Below, in pieces: positions 9,060 to 17,797 of a stretch of DNA of 64,000 nt; positions within the stretch are counted from its first letter, which is position 1; each line of letters starts with the position of its first letter. The position numbers were made by a program, and so were the translations under genes. This stretch comes from an uncultured beta proteobacterium (GTDB lineage Bacteria > Pseudomonadota > Gammaproteobacteria > Burkholderiales > SG8-39). The stretch is taken from the NCBI GenBank assembly GCA_903859155.1, contig CAIOLO010000019.1, positions 74,472 through 138,471 of the forward strand, written 5' to 3'. The notes below the pieces were generated by a model. That model saw only the letters and a program-made list of their open reading frames with translations. It was not told the origin of the DNA and made no database searches.

Positions 9060-9581
9060 ATGGGTGCAACCGGTCCCGGTGATGCATGGACTGTGCCCGC
9101 TCTGCGGGCCGAGATCGAGGCTTTTCTGGCCGCCTGGCACACGCTGGCGCTGGCCACCGTGGCCGAGGACGGCAGCGCGCATGCCGCGTCGCTGCTCTAT
9201 GCGCCGGATGGTTTGGGCCTGGTCTGGACATCGGATCCGCGCAGCCGGCACTCGCAGTATCTCGATGCGCGTCCCCGGGTTACGGCAACCGTTGCGCCGG
9301 ATTACAGCGACTTCGCAGCGATTCGCGGCCTGCAGATGGCAGGTGAGGCCGTCCGCCTTAGCGGCCCCATGGAAATGGCGCGCGCCGGTGCGTTGCTGAC
9401 GACACGCTATCTGTTTCTTGCGAAGCTCTCAGGCGCACCCGCGGTATTGCGCGCAGCCTGGGACAAGGCGAGCTTTTACCGTTTCAAGCCATCGCGCATC
9501 ACGCTGATCGACAATACCCGCGGGTTCGGGCACAAGGCGACTTTGCTGGTCGCCGCCGACGGTACCCTGGCCCTGGGGTAA
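9060..9581 (+). CDS. Pyridoxamine 5'-phosphate oxidase-family FMN-binding split-barrel protein
   Basis: ORF 9018..9581; ATG 9060 preferred. The pattern 'LATVAEDGSAHAASLLYA....LVWTSDPRSRHSQ' is typical of PNPOx-like small flavoproteins. Confidence 0.5.
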   Translation: MGATGPGDAWTVPALRAEIEAFLAAWHTLALATVAEDGSAHAASLLYAPDGLGLVWTSDPRSRHSQYLDARPRVTATVAPDYSDFAAIRGLQMAGEAVRLSGPMEMARAGALLTTRYLFLAKLSGAPAVLRAAWDKASFYRFKPSRITLIDNTRGFGHKATLLVAADGTLALG

Positions 9582-9624
9582 GTTGTCCTGGGCGGTCAGG
9601 CGTACCGATGCATTGCAACTGCCC

Positions 9625-10905
9625 TTAACCCGCTGCGCCCCCGCCGATTGCGGCCTTCGGCTTTTCCTTCAATGCGACCAGCAGAAACATCGCCAGTTGC
9701 AGCGCCACCAGCACGGCAAAGATCGCCTGGTAGCCCTCGGCCGCGTATCGTCCGTTGACCGCAGGCCACTGGTCTAGCGTCGCGCCGACGCTCCACTGGA
9801 ACAGGAACGCAAGTGAAAAGATCAGCAGGTTGGCGGCCGTATTGACCCGCCCGGCGAATTCCGGAGGAAACTGGCGCGAGAGCATGGCCAGCACCATCGG
9901 GCTGCCCGAACCCATTAAGAAATAAGCGAACCAGATCGGCGTTGCTTTGTCTCCGAGCAGCACGATGAGGGCAAACAGGATGGTGATGATGCCGCTCTGT
10001 ATTTTGTAGAGTGTCAGGGCGCGCACGCCGCGACGGATCAGCCGGTCGCAGATGGCTCCGCTCACGACCAATCCGGTTACCGCGGTGCCGGCATACCAGG
10101 TCATCAGTGCAAGTGCCTGCGGCCGCTGGTATCCGCCCACGTCGCGCAACCAGGGGCCGATCCACAGGCTTTGCAGGGCCCAATTGGTGCCGGCGATCAT
10201 CGCCATCAGCATCGACAGGCGCCAGAACGTGCCGTTTGCGGCAATTCTGCCGAATCCCGCCGCCAGTGCGGTGAGCGACTGTTCCGGGTCGGCGTCGCGG
10301 TGCTCGGGCACAACCAGGTAGAGCAGGGCCGAGGCAAATATCAGCAGCCCTGCAGCCACCGAGAAGACAACGCGCCAGGATACGTATTCCAGCGACCATC
10401 CCACCGGGCCGGCGGCCATGATCGCGCCCAGGCCGCCGAACGCCATCAGCAGGTTCAGTGACAGAGGCACGCGCGGCAAAGCGAACCATTGGGTGAACGC
10501 TTTCGCCGCCCCCATCAACCCCACCGCCAGTCCCAGTCCGATCAGCGCACGCCCTGTGGCGATGGCAATGAAGCTGCTGCCGATGGCATGCAGCGCGCAG
10601 CCCAGTGCCGCGAGCAGCAGCAGCGATGCATGCACCCGCCGCGATCCGTAGCGGTCCAGCAGGATGCCCGCCGGCAGTTGGGTAAGCGAGAAACCGACGA
10701 AAAAGACGCTGGTCAGCAGCCCCAGATCCGAGGCGCTCAGCACGAATTCCGCCGTCAGCTCCGGCACCAGGACGGCATTGATATTGCGCAGGGCATTGGA
10801 GAGAAAATAGCCCAGCGCATAGGGCAGCCAGATCGAAGCCACCAGCCGCGGCCCCTTCGCGCCTGCCGAGGGCGGTTGCGGCGGCCCATAGGCGGAGGAC
10901 TTCAT
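9625..10905 (-). CDS. MFS transporter
   Basis: 426 aa and hydrophobic throughout. The loop motif 'LPAGILLDRYGSRR' between TM2 and TM3 is typical of MFS proteins. It lies downstream of transhydroxylase-like pair 1 on the same strand. Confidence 0.8.
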   Translation of the reverse strand: MKSSAYGPPQPPSAGAKGPRLVASIWLPYALGYFLSNALRNINAVLVPELTAEFVLSASDLGLLTSVFFVGFSLTQLPAGILLDRYGSRRVHASLLLLAALGCALHAIGSSFIAIATGRALIGLGLAVGLMGAAKAFTQWFALPRVPLSLNLLMAFGGLGAIMAAGPVGWSLEYVSWRVVFSVAAGLLIFASALLYLVVPEHRDADPEQSLTALAAGFGRIAANGTFWRLSMLMAMIAGTNWALQSLWIGPWLRDVGGYQRPQALALMTWYAGTAVTGLVVSGAICDRLIRRGVRALTLYKIQSGIITILFALIVLLGDKATPIWFAYFLMGSGSPMVLAMLSRQFPPEFAGRVNTAANLLIFSLAFLFQWSVGATLDQWPAVNGRYAAEGYQAIFAVLVALQLAMFLLVALKEKPKAAIGGGAAG

Positions 10906-11044
10906 GCGGCGTGTCCGCCGTGCCGGCGCTGCGCTGCTTCAGGCGTCACCGCGGGCGCCGCTGGCATGGGCGGGCGGCCAGTTGCCGCAAACGCGCGATT
11001 CTGTCGCAGGCGGAAGTGGTCAAGCGGATGGCCCGCCCGGCAAT

Positions 11045-11908
11045 CTATGCCGCCTTCGCAGCTTTGGGTTCGAGCGCGATGGCACCCAGATGGCAGCTTT
11101 TTTTCAAAGCGAACTCCAGCGTTTTGCTGCTGAAACGCGGATCGCTCACCTCGATGCGGTAGCTGGCGCCGTCTGCATCCAGCCGGCGGAAACGGAAATC
11201 CCCGTAGGTGTCGCTCACCGTTTCGGCCAGCTTCTGCGTACCCTTCCACAGAACGATGTGAGCATCCGCGATGCATTCGATTGCCCCGTTGAGCATTCCT
11301 TCCAGTGTACCGCCGACGAAGGACTTGAAATAGCTGTCGAGGTTCTTGTAATACACGCGCGGCTTGTTGCCGAATTCGGGGTGAAGCACCTCGAGCTTCT
11401 CGTCGCGCACCATGCGCTGCATTTCCTCGTCTTCCAGATGCAATGTCTGGAAGGCATTGGTCGGACACACCTGCGAGGCGCGCGTCTGCGTCCACCCCTT
11501 GTCGAGCAGGTGCGCGTCGAACGGCCAGGTCTGCGGCAGCTGTTTTTCTTCGTTCCACCAGATCATGCCGTAGGGGCAGGACTTGACCAGTTCCGGGTGC
11601 CCCTTGGAGCGCACCGGGTCGAAAATCACGATGCCGTCGGCGCGCTTGCTGATCGCGCCCTCGGGTGCGCCCTTCATGCAGCTGGGTTCGTCGCAGTGGT
11701 TGCAGGTTACCGGCAGATAGGCCACCTCCACCATGGGATATTCGCCCTGTTCGCGCTGCCGGATCTCGATCCAGCGATGTCCCTGACGCGGCATCTCTTC
11801 GGCATAGCCGGGGAATGAATTGCCGCAGTACTCGTCGTGTACGGCGAGCGCGCAGTTGTTGCAGTTAAAGCACTTCGCTACGTCGATGAGCAGGTTCCAC
11901 TTTTTCAT
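11045..11908 (-). CDS. Pyrogallol hydroxytransferase/resorcinol hydroxylase-like small (beta, Fe-S) subunit, paralog 1
   Basis: True start is '[19 protein letters not shown]' at 11908, overlapping the alpha stop (ATGA). It has 'CNHCDEPSC', 'SCPYG' and a C-terminal carboxypeptidase-regulatory-like beta-sandwich ('YGDFRFRRL'). Only 8 canonical cluster cysteines are present. Confidence 0.8.
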   Translation of the reverse strand: MKKWNLLIDVAKCFNCNNCALAVHDEYCGNSFPGYAEEMPRQGHRWIEIRQREQGEYPMVEVAYLPVTCNHCDEPSCMKGAPEGAISKRADGIVIFDPVRSKGHPELVKSCPYGMIWWNEEKQLPQTWPFDAHLLDKGWTQTRASQVCPTNAFQTLHLEDEEMQRMVRDEKLEVLHPEFGNKPRVYYKNLDSYFKSFVGGTLEGMLNGAIECIADAHIVLWKGTQKLAETVSDTYGDFRFRRLDADGASYRIEVSDPRFSSKTLEFALKKSCHLGAIALEPKAAKAA

Positions 11909-14900
11909 GACGGCATCGCCTCCTTGGCTGCGGCTGCATTGGCCGCCACTTTTTCGCTGGTACCAGCGCGCGCGCCCAGGGCCGTCGAGCCGTCCCAGAG
12001 TTCCACCTCCACCAGGCAGGAATTGGGCGCCATCCCCAGCACCTTGCTGGCGATGGAGCGCTTGGGCGTGAGATTGTTGATGCAACCGCCGCGGTCGACC
12101 GAATTCCCCGGTTCGCCCAGAGGGTCGTACACCGCCGAGGAAGAGTAGGAGTGCGCCGTCCCTTGCCCCAGCCGGCTGGTTACATGCGCAGCGCACAGGA
12201 CCGCGCCGCGATCATTGTGCACTTTGACCAGGTCGTGGTGTTTGATGCCGCGCGCCCGGGCGTCCTGGGCGTTGATCCGCACCACCCAGTAGTAGTAGCC
12301 CTTCACCAGTACGCGGTGTTCGGCGATGTCGTTGGTCGAGCATTGCTTGCCGTCGGCGAAGGTGTGAAAACTGAAGCGCGAGTGCGGCGAGAGCAGTTGC
12401 AGCGGAAAACGCCCGAACAGCTCCTTGGTCTGCGGGCCTTCCCAGGACTGCAGGTATCTTACGATCGGCGGGCGCTCCGGATCGTTTGCATCGAAATGCT
12501 TGAGACTGGAGCACTCGAACTCGAACTTGCCGCTCTGGGTCTGCAGCCCCATCAGGAACTGCTTGCGGTAGTCGCCCGGCAGGGGAGAGGGCTCGGGCAC
12601 GTCCTTCTTGCGGCCCTCGTAGAACCAGCGCATCGCCACCGGGTCGCGCTTGCCCTCTTCGAGCGGCGGCACGACGTAATAGCCCTTTTTCAGGAACTCC
12701 TTCCACGAGATGACTTTGGGCAGATCGGAGGCGTCGAACACGCGCTTCACCCAGTCGAGCTCGTTCATGCCTTCGCAGAAATAAGTGCCCAGGCCCAGCC
12801 GGCTGCAGATCTCGGTGAAAATCCGGATGTCGGACTTCGATTCGCCCAGCGGCTCTATGCATTTGTGCTGCAGCATGATGACGCGGTGGTTCATCTGCGT
12901 CTGATAGTGCATCCCATAGCCGCCCGCGTGGGCCAGATCGCTGATGTCCCAGCGCTCGAACTGGGTGCAGGCGGGCAGCAGAACGTCGGCGAACTTCGCT
13001 TCGCCTTCGAACCAGATTGATTGATTTACGACGAACTCGAGCTTGTCGGTACGGTACATGTTCACGTAGCGGTTGGTCTCGGTCATGGTGCCGATGGACG
13101 CACCGCCGTACTTGTAGAGCATCTTGATGGGCGAATGGCCGGGCGCCGGATAGGAAAACTTCATGAACTGGCCTTCGATGGTGAAGCCGTTCCATGGATA
13201 GCCCTCGGCCTTGCCATCCATGATGGCCTCCGGAATGCGCAGGCGCGGCACTTTCTGCATCGAAGGGCCGTAGCTGGGCAGCTGCGGCATGCGCTGATAG
13301 AGGCTGACCGGGATGCCCGTGTTCTGGATGTCGCCCGACATACCGCCCTCGGCGTAGCCGGGGAAATAGAAGCGGATGTCGATAGGCCCGCCGTACTGCA
13401 GGTTGCCGTAGTTCACGCCGGGCTTGCCCATGCCCTGCATGCCCATGAGGCAGGCCAGCGCGCGAGCAAACTGGATGCCGTTGGCGGCGCGGCAGGCGCC
13501 GCCGTGCCCGTTGCCCGGGCCTCCGGCCGCGAGGTAGGTCTTTGTCTTGCCCCACTTGCGCGCAAGGGCTCGCACTTCCTTCGCCGGGACCCCCGTTTCC
13601 GCCTGTTGCCATTCAGGGGTTTTCGGCACACCGTCTTCCTTGCCCAGGACGTAGTCGCTCCAGACATCGAAGCCCACGCAGCGGTCGGCGACGAATTTCT
13701 TGTCGTACAGCCCCTCGGTCATCCAGACGTGCGCGATTGCCAGGGCGAGCGCGGTGTCGGTGCCGGGTTTGGGCGCCATCCATTTCCCGCCCAGCAGCGC
13801 CGCCGTGTGGTTGAAGTAGGGATCGATGTGCACCAGCTCGATGCCCAGGTCCTTGAGCCACTGCCTGCGGATGGTGGCCTCGAACCCGCCGTAAGCGCCA
13901 TTGGTGGCTTCCGGGTCGGACGACCAGAACACCATCATTTCGCATTCCTTCATGCAGTCTTCGATGGTGTTGTAGAACTCCACCTGCCCCAGGCGCATGC
14001 TGTAGCCGTAATGATGCGTGGCGCCCCAGTACCAGCCCTCCCAGCTGTCGGGGTTGTGCGCCACGCGCGAGGCGCCGATGGTGTTGAAGAACTTGTAGGC
14101 CGCGCTGATGTAGTAGCCGATGTTGCCCCACATGTGGTGCGAGCCGTGGTTGCCCAGGATGGCGCCCTGTCCATGCTCCGTCTTGACGCGGGTGATCTCG
14201 CCGGCGACGATGTCGAGGGCCTCTTCCCAGCTGATCCGCTCATACCCGGAGATGCCGCGATTCTGGGGGTTGCGTTCGCCTTTCGGATCGAAATCGACGC
14301 GTTTCATGGGGTAGAGCAGCCGGTCCGGCGAGTAGAGCGTCGATTTCACGCTGACGCCGTGGGGCGAAAGCGTGGTCTTGTGCGGAGGGGTGAAGCTCTT
14401 GCCGCGCGCCTTGATGGTCCACGCCGGGGCATCCTGGTCGGTGAATTCCATCGGTGTGGTGCGAATGACCTTGCCGTCCTTCACGTAGACGAACAAGGGG
14501 CCGCCATTGGTATTGGTGACATAGCGTTTGGTCCCGTCGCCCATGTCGATGCCGTACTCGACCTCCGGGTTCTGCATCAGCATCATGGTCTGGGTGAACC
14601 AGACGATCAGTTCGTCCGAGCCGTCGGCGCCGAACTGATAGTTCTTCATCGCCTCGATGCGCTCCAGTTGGTCCACCCAGGGCACGAACAGCCGCGCGCC
14701 GATCTTCGCCGAGGCGACGCTGATGGTGATGTCCGGTTTCGGGTGGAGGCCGCTCTCTGAGCTGACCCGCCCGTCATTGAAGGTGTAGTACCGGGCTATC
14801 GACTTATCCGCCGTCGCGATCTGGCAGGTGAAGTTCTTTTCCTTGAGCCTTTTTGCGAACTCGGGGAAGCGGCTCGCCTGGAAATTGAGCGCATGGGTCA

Positions 14901-14943
14901 TGCCGTACAGGATCACGGAAAACTTGGTGGCCGCGAGACTCAT
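11905..14943 (-). CDS. Pyrogallol hydroxytransferase/resorcinol hydroxylase-like large (alpha, Mo-bis-MGD) subunit, paralog 1, with an SCP2-like N-terminal extension
   Basis: ORF 11905..14958. ATG 14943 has the RBS AAGAGG. The core is colinear with paralogs 2 and 3 ('[34 protein letters not shown]', '[16 protein letters not shown]', 'VFWSSDPE'). The extra ~140 aa at the N-terminus is absent from paralog 3. Confidence 0.8.
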   Translation of the reverse strand: MSLAATKFSVILYGMTHALNFQASRFPEFAKRLKEKNFTCQIATADKSIARYYTFNDGRVSSESGLHPKPDITISVASAKIGARLFVPWVDQLERIEAMKNYQFGADGSDELIVWFTQTMMLMQNPEVEYGIDMGDGTKRYVTNTNGGPLFVYVKDGKVIRTTPMEFTDQDAPAWTIKARGKSFTPPHKTTLSPHGVSVKSTLYSPDRLLYPMKRVDFDPKGERNPQNRGISGYERISWEEALDIVAGEITRVKTEHGQGAILGNHGSHHMWGNIGYYISAAYKFFNTIGASRVAHNPDSWEGWYWGATHHYGYSMRLGQVEFYNTIEDCMKECEMMVFWSSDPEATNGAYGGFEATIRRQWLKDLGIELVHIDPYFNHTAALLGGKWMAPKPGTDTALALAIAHVWMTEGLYDKKFVADRCVGFDVWSDYVLGKEDGVPKTPEWQQAETGVPAKEVRALARKWGKTKTYLAAGGPGNGHGGACRAANGIQFARALACLMGMQGMGKPGVNYGNLQYGGPIDIRFYFPGYAEGGMSGDIQNTGIPVSLYQRMPQLPSYGPSMQKVPRLRIPEAIMDGKAEGYPWNGFTIEGQFMKFSYPAPGHSPIKMLYKYGGASIGTMTETNRYVNMYRTDKLEFVVNQSIWFEGEAKFADVLLPACTQFERWDISDLAHAGGYGMHYQTQMNHRVIMLQHKCIEPLGESKSDIRIFTEICSRLGLGTYFCEGMNELDWVKRVFDASDLPKVISWKEFLKKGYYVVPPLEEGKRDPVAMRWFYEGRKKDVPEPSPLPGDYRKQFLMGLQTQSGKFEFECSSLKHFDANDPERPPIVRYLQSWEGPQTKELFGRFPLQLLSPHSRFSFHTFADGKQCSTNDIAEHRVLVKGYYYWVVRINAQDARARGIKHHDLVKVHNDRGAVLCAAHVTSRLGQGTAHSYSSSAVYDPLGEPGNSVDRGGCINNLTPKRSIASKVLGMAPNSCLVEVELWDGSTALGARAGTSEKVAANAAAAKEAMPS

Positions 14944-14994
14944 GGTCGCCTCTTTCATCTGGGTTGAGCATAGGTGAGGAACTGATGCGCGCGA

Positions 14995-15105
14995 ACTTTA
15001 TGGCAATATTGGCAAATTGTCAATATAAGACAATATTGCAATATTTTATGGGATAATAATTGGCATTAATGTATTTAAATTATCCATATTGGATAAAGAA
15101 ATCAA
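14995..15105. promoter_or_regulatory. AT-rich divergent promoter/operator region with repeated CAATATTG palindromes
   Basis: Lies between alpha-1 (minus) and the IclR gene (plus). Perfect CAATATTG at 15004-15011 and 15031-15038; CAATATT at 15039-15045; CAATATA at 15021-15027. Conspicuously A+T-rich in a GC-rich genome. Confidence 0.5.
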
Positions 15106-15873
15106 TTGAGCCGTTCGAAAATGCTCTCGATTCTGGATCTGTTTGACAAGGCTTCGCCGGCCTGGTCAGCGGATGCCATTTGTGCGCGCCTGGGCTGCTC
15201 AACCTCGAGCGGCTATCGCTACATCCGCGAGTTGTGCGCGGTTGGACTGCTGACCCGCATCTCGGGTGGGACCTATGTGCTGGGGCCGAGAATCGTGCAG
15301 CTGGAACTGGTCATGAGGGAAATCGATCCGGTGTCAAAAACCGGCCTGCCGCTCATCGCCGACCTGGTGCGCCAGACCGGCTGCGACGTGTTGCTGGCCA
15401 ATATGTACGGCGACCATATCGTCAATGTGCTGCACGAACGCGGCGCAGAACAGCTGCCCCTCAGCTATGAGCGCGGCCGCCCGCACCCCTTGTTTCGCGG
15501 CGCCATGTCGAAAGCCATCCTTGCGTTTCTGCCGCGCGCGCGCGCGCTGCGCCTGTACAACGCGCATGCGGCCCTGGCCGCAGAGAGCGGCATGGGCCAC
15601 AGCTGGCGCGAGTTCTGGCAGGCGCTGCAGCAGATCCGTAAGAAAGGCTTCAGCGAGAGCGACGGCGAGCTCGATGCGGGCGTGATCGGCATAGGCGCCC
15701 CGGTGCTCAACGGTGACGAAATCATGGGCAGCATCTCGATCGGCTGCTCGCGCGCCCGGCTGGCCTTGCTGAACAAGGCGAATCTGACCGAGTTGCTGCT
15801 GTCAACCGCAAGGCAGATCAGCCAGGAGGTGGAACGGATTTCGCATGCGGAGCCCACGCCAGGCGCGGTGTAG
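15106..15873 (+). CDS. IclR-family transcriptional regulator
   Basis: 255 aa (TTG 15106, or ATG 15121). N-terminal wHTH 'LSILDLF......SADAICARLGCSTSSGYRYIRELCAVGLL' and a C-terminal IclR effector domain ('GVIGIGAPV...GSISI'). Confidence 0.85.
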   Translation: MSRSKMLSILDLFDKASPAWSADAICARLGCSTSSGYRYIRELCAVGLLTRISGGTYVLGPRIVQLELVMREIDPVSKTGLPLIADLVRQTGCDVLLANMYGDHIVNVLHERGAEQLPLSYERGRPHPLFRGAMSKAILAFLPRARALRLYNAHAALAAESGMGHSWREFWQALQQIRKKGFSESDGELDAGVIGIGAPVLNGDEIMGSISIGCSRARLALLNKANLTELLLSTARQISQEVERISHAEPTPGAV

Positions 15874-16046
15874 TCGCTTGTCCGCCAAATGTCGACAAAT
15901 CTGGCGCAGAACCCGGGTGTATTCACATCCCGTGAATTTCATAAGTTGCGTTTTTGCAACTTCTGAAATTCATGGGAAAAGCGGATGCCAAAACAAGGCA
16001 AGCTGTTTGATTGCGGGTCATCCGCCCCAGGTGAATCCGGCGCAGT

Positions 16047-17003
16047 TCAGTCTGGCTGTATGCCCGCTTCCTTGATCGACTGCGCCCAAACCTTGCGCTG
16101 CGCCGTGAGGAAGGCAGCGAATGCCTCTGGCGTTGAACCTTCGGCATGGAAGCCGGTGCGATCGGAACCTTCGCGCACCTCCGCGCGCTTCAGGATGACA
16201 TTGAGCTCGCGTGCCAGCCGGTCAATGATGGGCTTGGGCAATTGCGCCGGTCCGAACAAGCCCACAAACGAGGTGATCGAAGCAGGCGGTATCCCGGCTT
16301 CTGCCGCGGTGGGAATATCCGGGGCGAGTGAACTGCGCTGGTCGAGCATCACGGCAAGTCCTCTGAGTTTGCCTTCCTTGACCAGCGGAAGCGCGGCGCC
16401 GCTGGAAAAATTGGCATGCACGCGACCGGTCATGAGTTCGGTGAAGGTCTGCACTTCGCTCTTGAAGGGTATCTGCACCATGTTGATGCCCGCCCCCTTG
16501 TTCAGTGCCTCGGCCAGAACGATGCCGCTGATATTGGCGCCTGCATAGTTGATCTTGCCGGCGTTGGTGCGCGCATAGGCGACGAAATCAGCGGCTGTCT
16601 TGACCGGCAGGTCCGGCGCGACCACCAGGAACACCGGGAATTTGGCCAGCAGCATGATCGAGGTGAGATCTTTCGATGGCTCGTAGGGCGGATTCTTGCG
16701 CAGCAGCGGCGCCGAGAGCACGGCGGTCGGTGTAGACAGGAACAGGGTGAGGCCGTCGGGCGGGGATTTGATCACCACGTCGGCGCCGATTGCCCCGTCG
16801 GCCCCCGGGCGATTGTCGATGATCACCGGCTGGCCCAGTTCCCTGGCCAGCGGCGGCGCGATCACGCGCGCGAAGTTGTCGCTGGAGGAGCCGCCCGGGA
16901 ACGGAATCACCATGCGGATGGGCTTGCTCGGATACTGCGCGGCTGCGCCGGCTGATAGCGCAGCCGCGCATATGACGAGGACGGATCGGGTTATTGCAAG
17001 CAT
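16047..17003 (-). CDS. Bug/TctC-family substrate-binding protein (copy 2)
   Basis: 318 aa. Signal peptide followed by 'QYPSKPIRMVIPFPGGSSSD'. Confidence 0.85.
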   Translation of the reverse strand: MLAITRSVLVICAAALSAGAAAQYPSKPIRMVIPFPGGSSSDNFARVIAPPLARELGQPVIIDNRPGADGAIGADVVIKSPPDGLTLFLSTPTAVLSAPLLRKNPPYEPSKDLTSIMLLAKFPVFLVVAPDLPVKTAADFVAYARTNAGKINYAGANISGIVLAEALNKGAGINMVQIPFKSEVQTFTELMTGRVHANFSSGAALPLVKEGKLRGLAVMLDQRSSLAPDIPTAAEAGIPPASITSFVGLFGPAQLPKPIIDRLARELNVILKRAEVREGSDRTGFHAEGSTPEAFAAFLTAQRKVWAQSIKEAGIQPD

Positions 17004-17231
17004 GTTTTGCCTTCCTGGAAAATGGGAACCGGCCGCAGCGGGGAACGCACCGTTATTTCGGGCGAGGCCGCGTCCGCGTTTGGACGGTTATAGTTAGCCG
17101 AATCGCACTTGCGTATCTTGATGCAGGTCAACACTTTTCGGAGGCGGACTTCACTTTTCCCGCCCGCCGCCGCTACCGGCGCGCTTTCCCGGTTAGCAAG
17201 CCGGGGGTGATCAGGCGCGCCACAAAGCGCG

Positions 17232-17765
17232 TCACGCGGCCAGCACCGACTTCAGGATAGCCTCGAACGCGTCGTCGGCGAGCTTGCGCAGTTCCGCGTC
17301 GGTGCGGTCCTGGATCGGGGGCGGGATGAACACCACCGCCGGCTCGAAGGCGAGCGTTTTGCACTGTGCCACGGCACCGTCTCGGAATAGTTCCGTCACC
17401 ACGCCCACGCTCACCACGCCGCGCGCCTCCAGGTCTGTGATGTCGTGCATACAGCACGACGTGCAGGACCCTCAATCGGCCAGGCCTTCGACAACGATAT
17501 CGCACTCCGCGGCGATGGTCTGCTTCAGCTCGGTCGGGGCTTCCCAGGAGAAATGCGGCTTGGCGTAGCGCTTCACCTTGACGCCGCGCTCTGTGAATAA
17601 TTCGTCCAGCCGGTCGAGGAATATCTCCCCCGGATCTTTTCTGATGTCCATGATGCCCACCGTGAGCCCTTCGAGTGATTGCGGCCGCTGCAGACGGTCG
17701 CGGAATTCGCGGTGCAGTTCGCTCGTCGGGTCGACCAGTACCAGATCCTGAAGTTCTTCGTTCAT
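17232..17765 (-). CDS. UGSC-motif selenoprotein (Sec encoded by in-frame TGA at 17472-17474); function unknown
   Basis: ORFs 17472..17819 and 17232..17450 are in the same frame. Read-through gives '...IVVEGLAD-U-GSCTSCCMHD...'. A SECIS-like hairpin begins just downstream. ATG 17765 has the RBS GGAAGGA. Confidence 0.7.
17432..17470 (-). other. Bacterial SECIS-like stem-loop
   Basis: Upper stem GUCGUGC/GCACGAC (17460-17454 / 17448-17442) with loop UGUAU. Lower stem GGUC(C)UG/CAGACC. The upper stem starts exactly 11 nt after the UGA. Confidence 0.65.
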
Positions 17766-17797
17766 GCGGTGATTTCCTTCCACTTGATAGCCGAAAA

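Noticed and set aside
8910-9251. 114-codon 5' extension of the Mo-enzyme ORF (6651..9251).
   Set aside because: The extension has no family similarity and is Arg/Pro-rich. It would overlap the divergent promoter and the PNPOx-like gene start. ATG 8909 has a strong RBS, and homology begins there.
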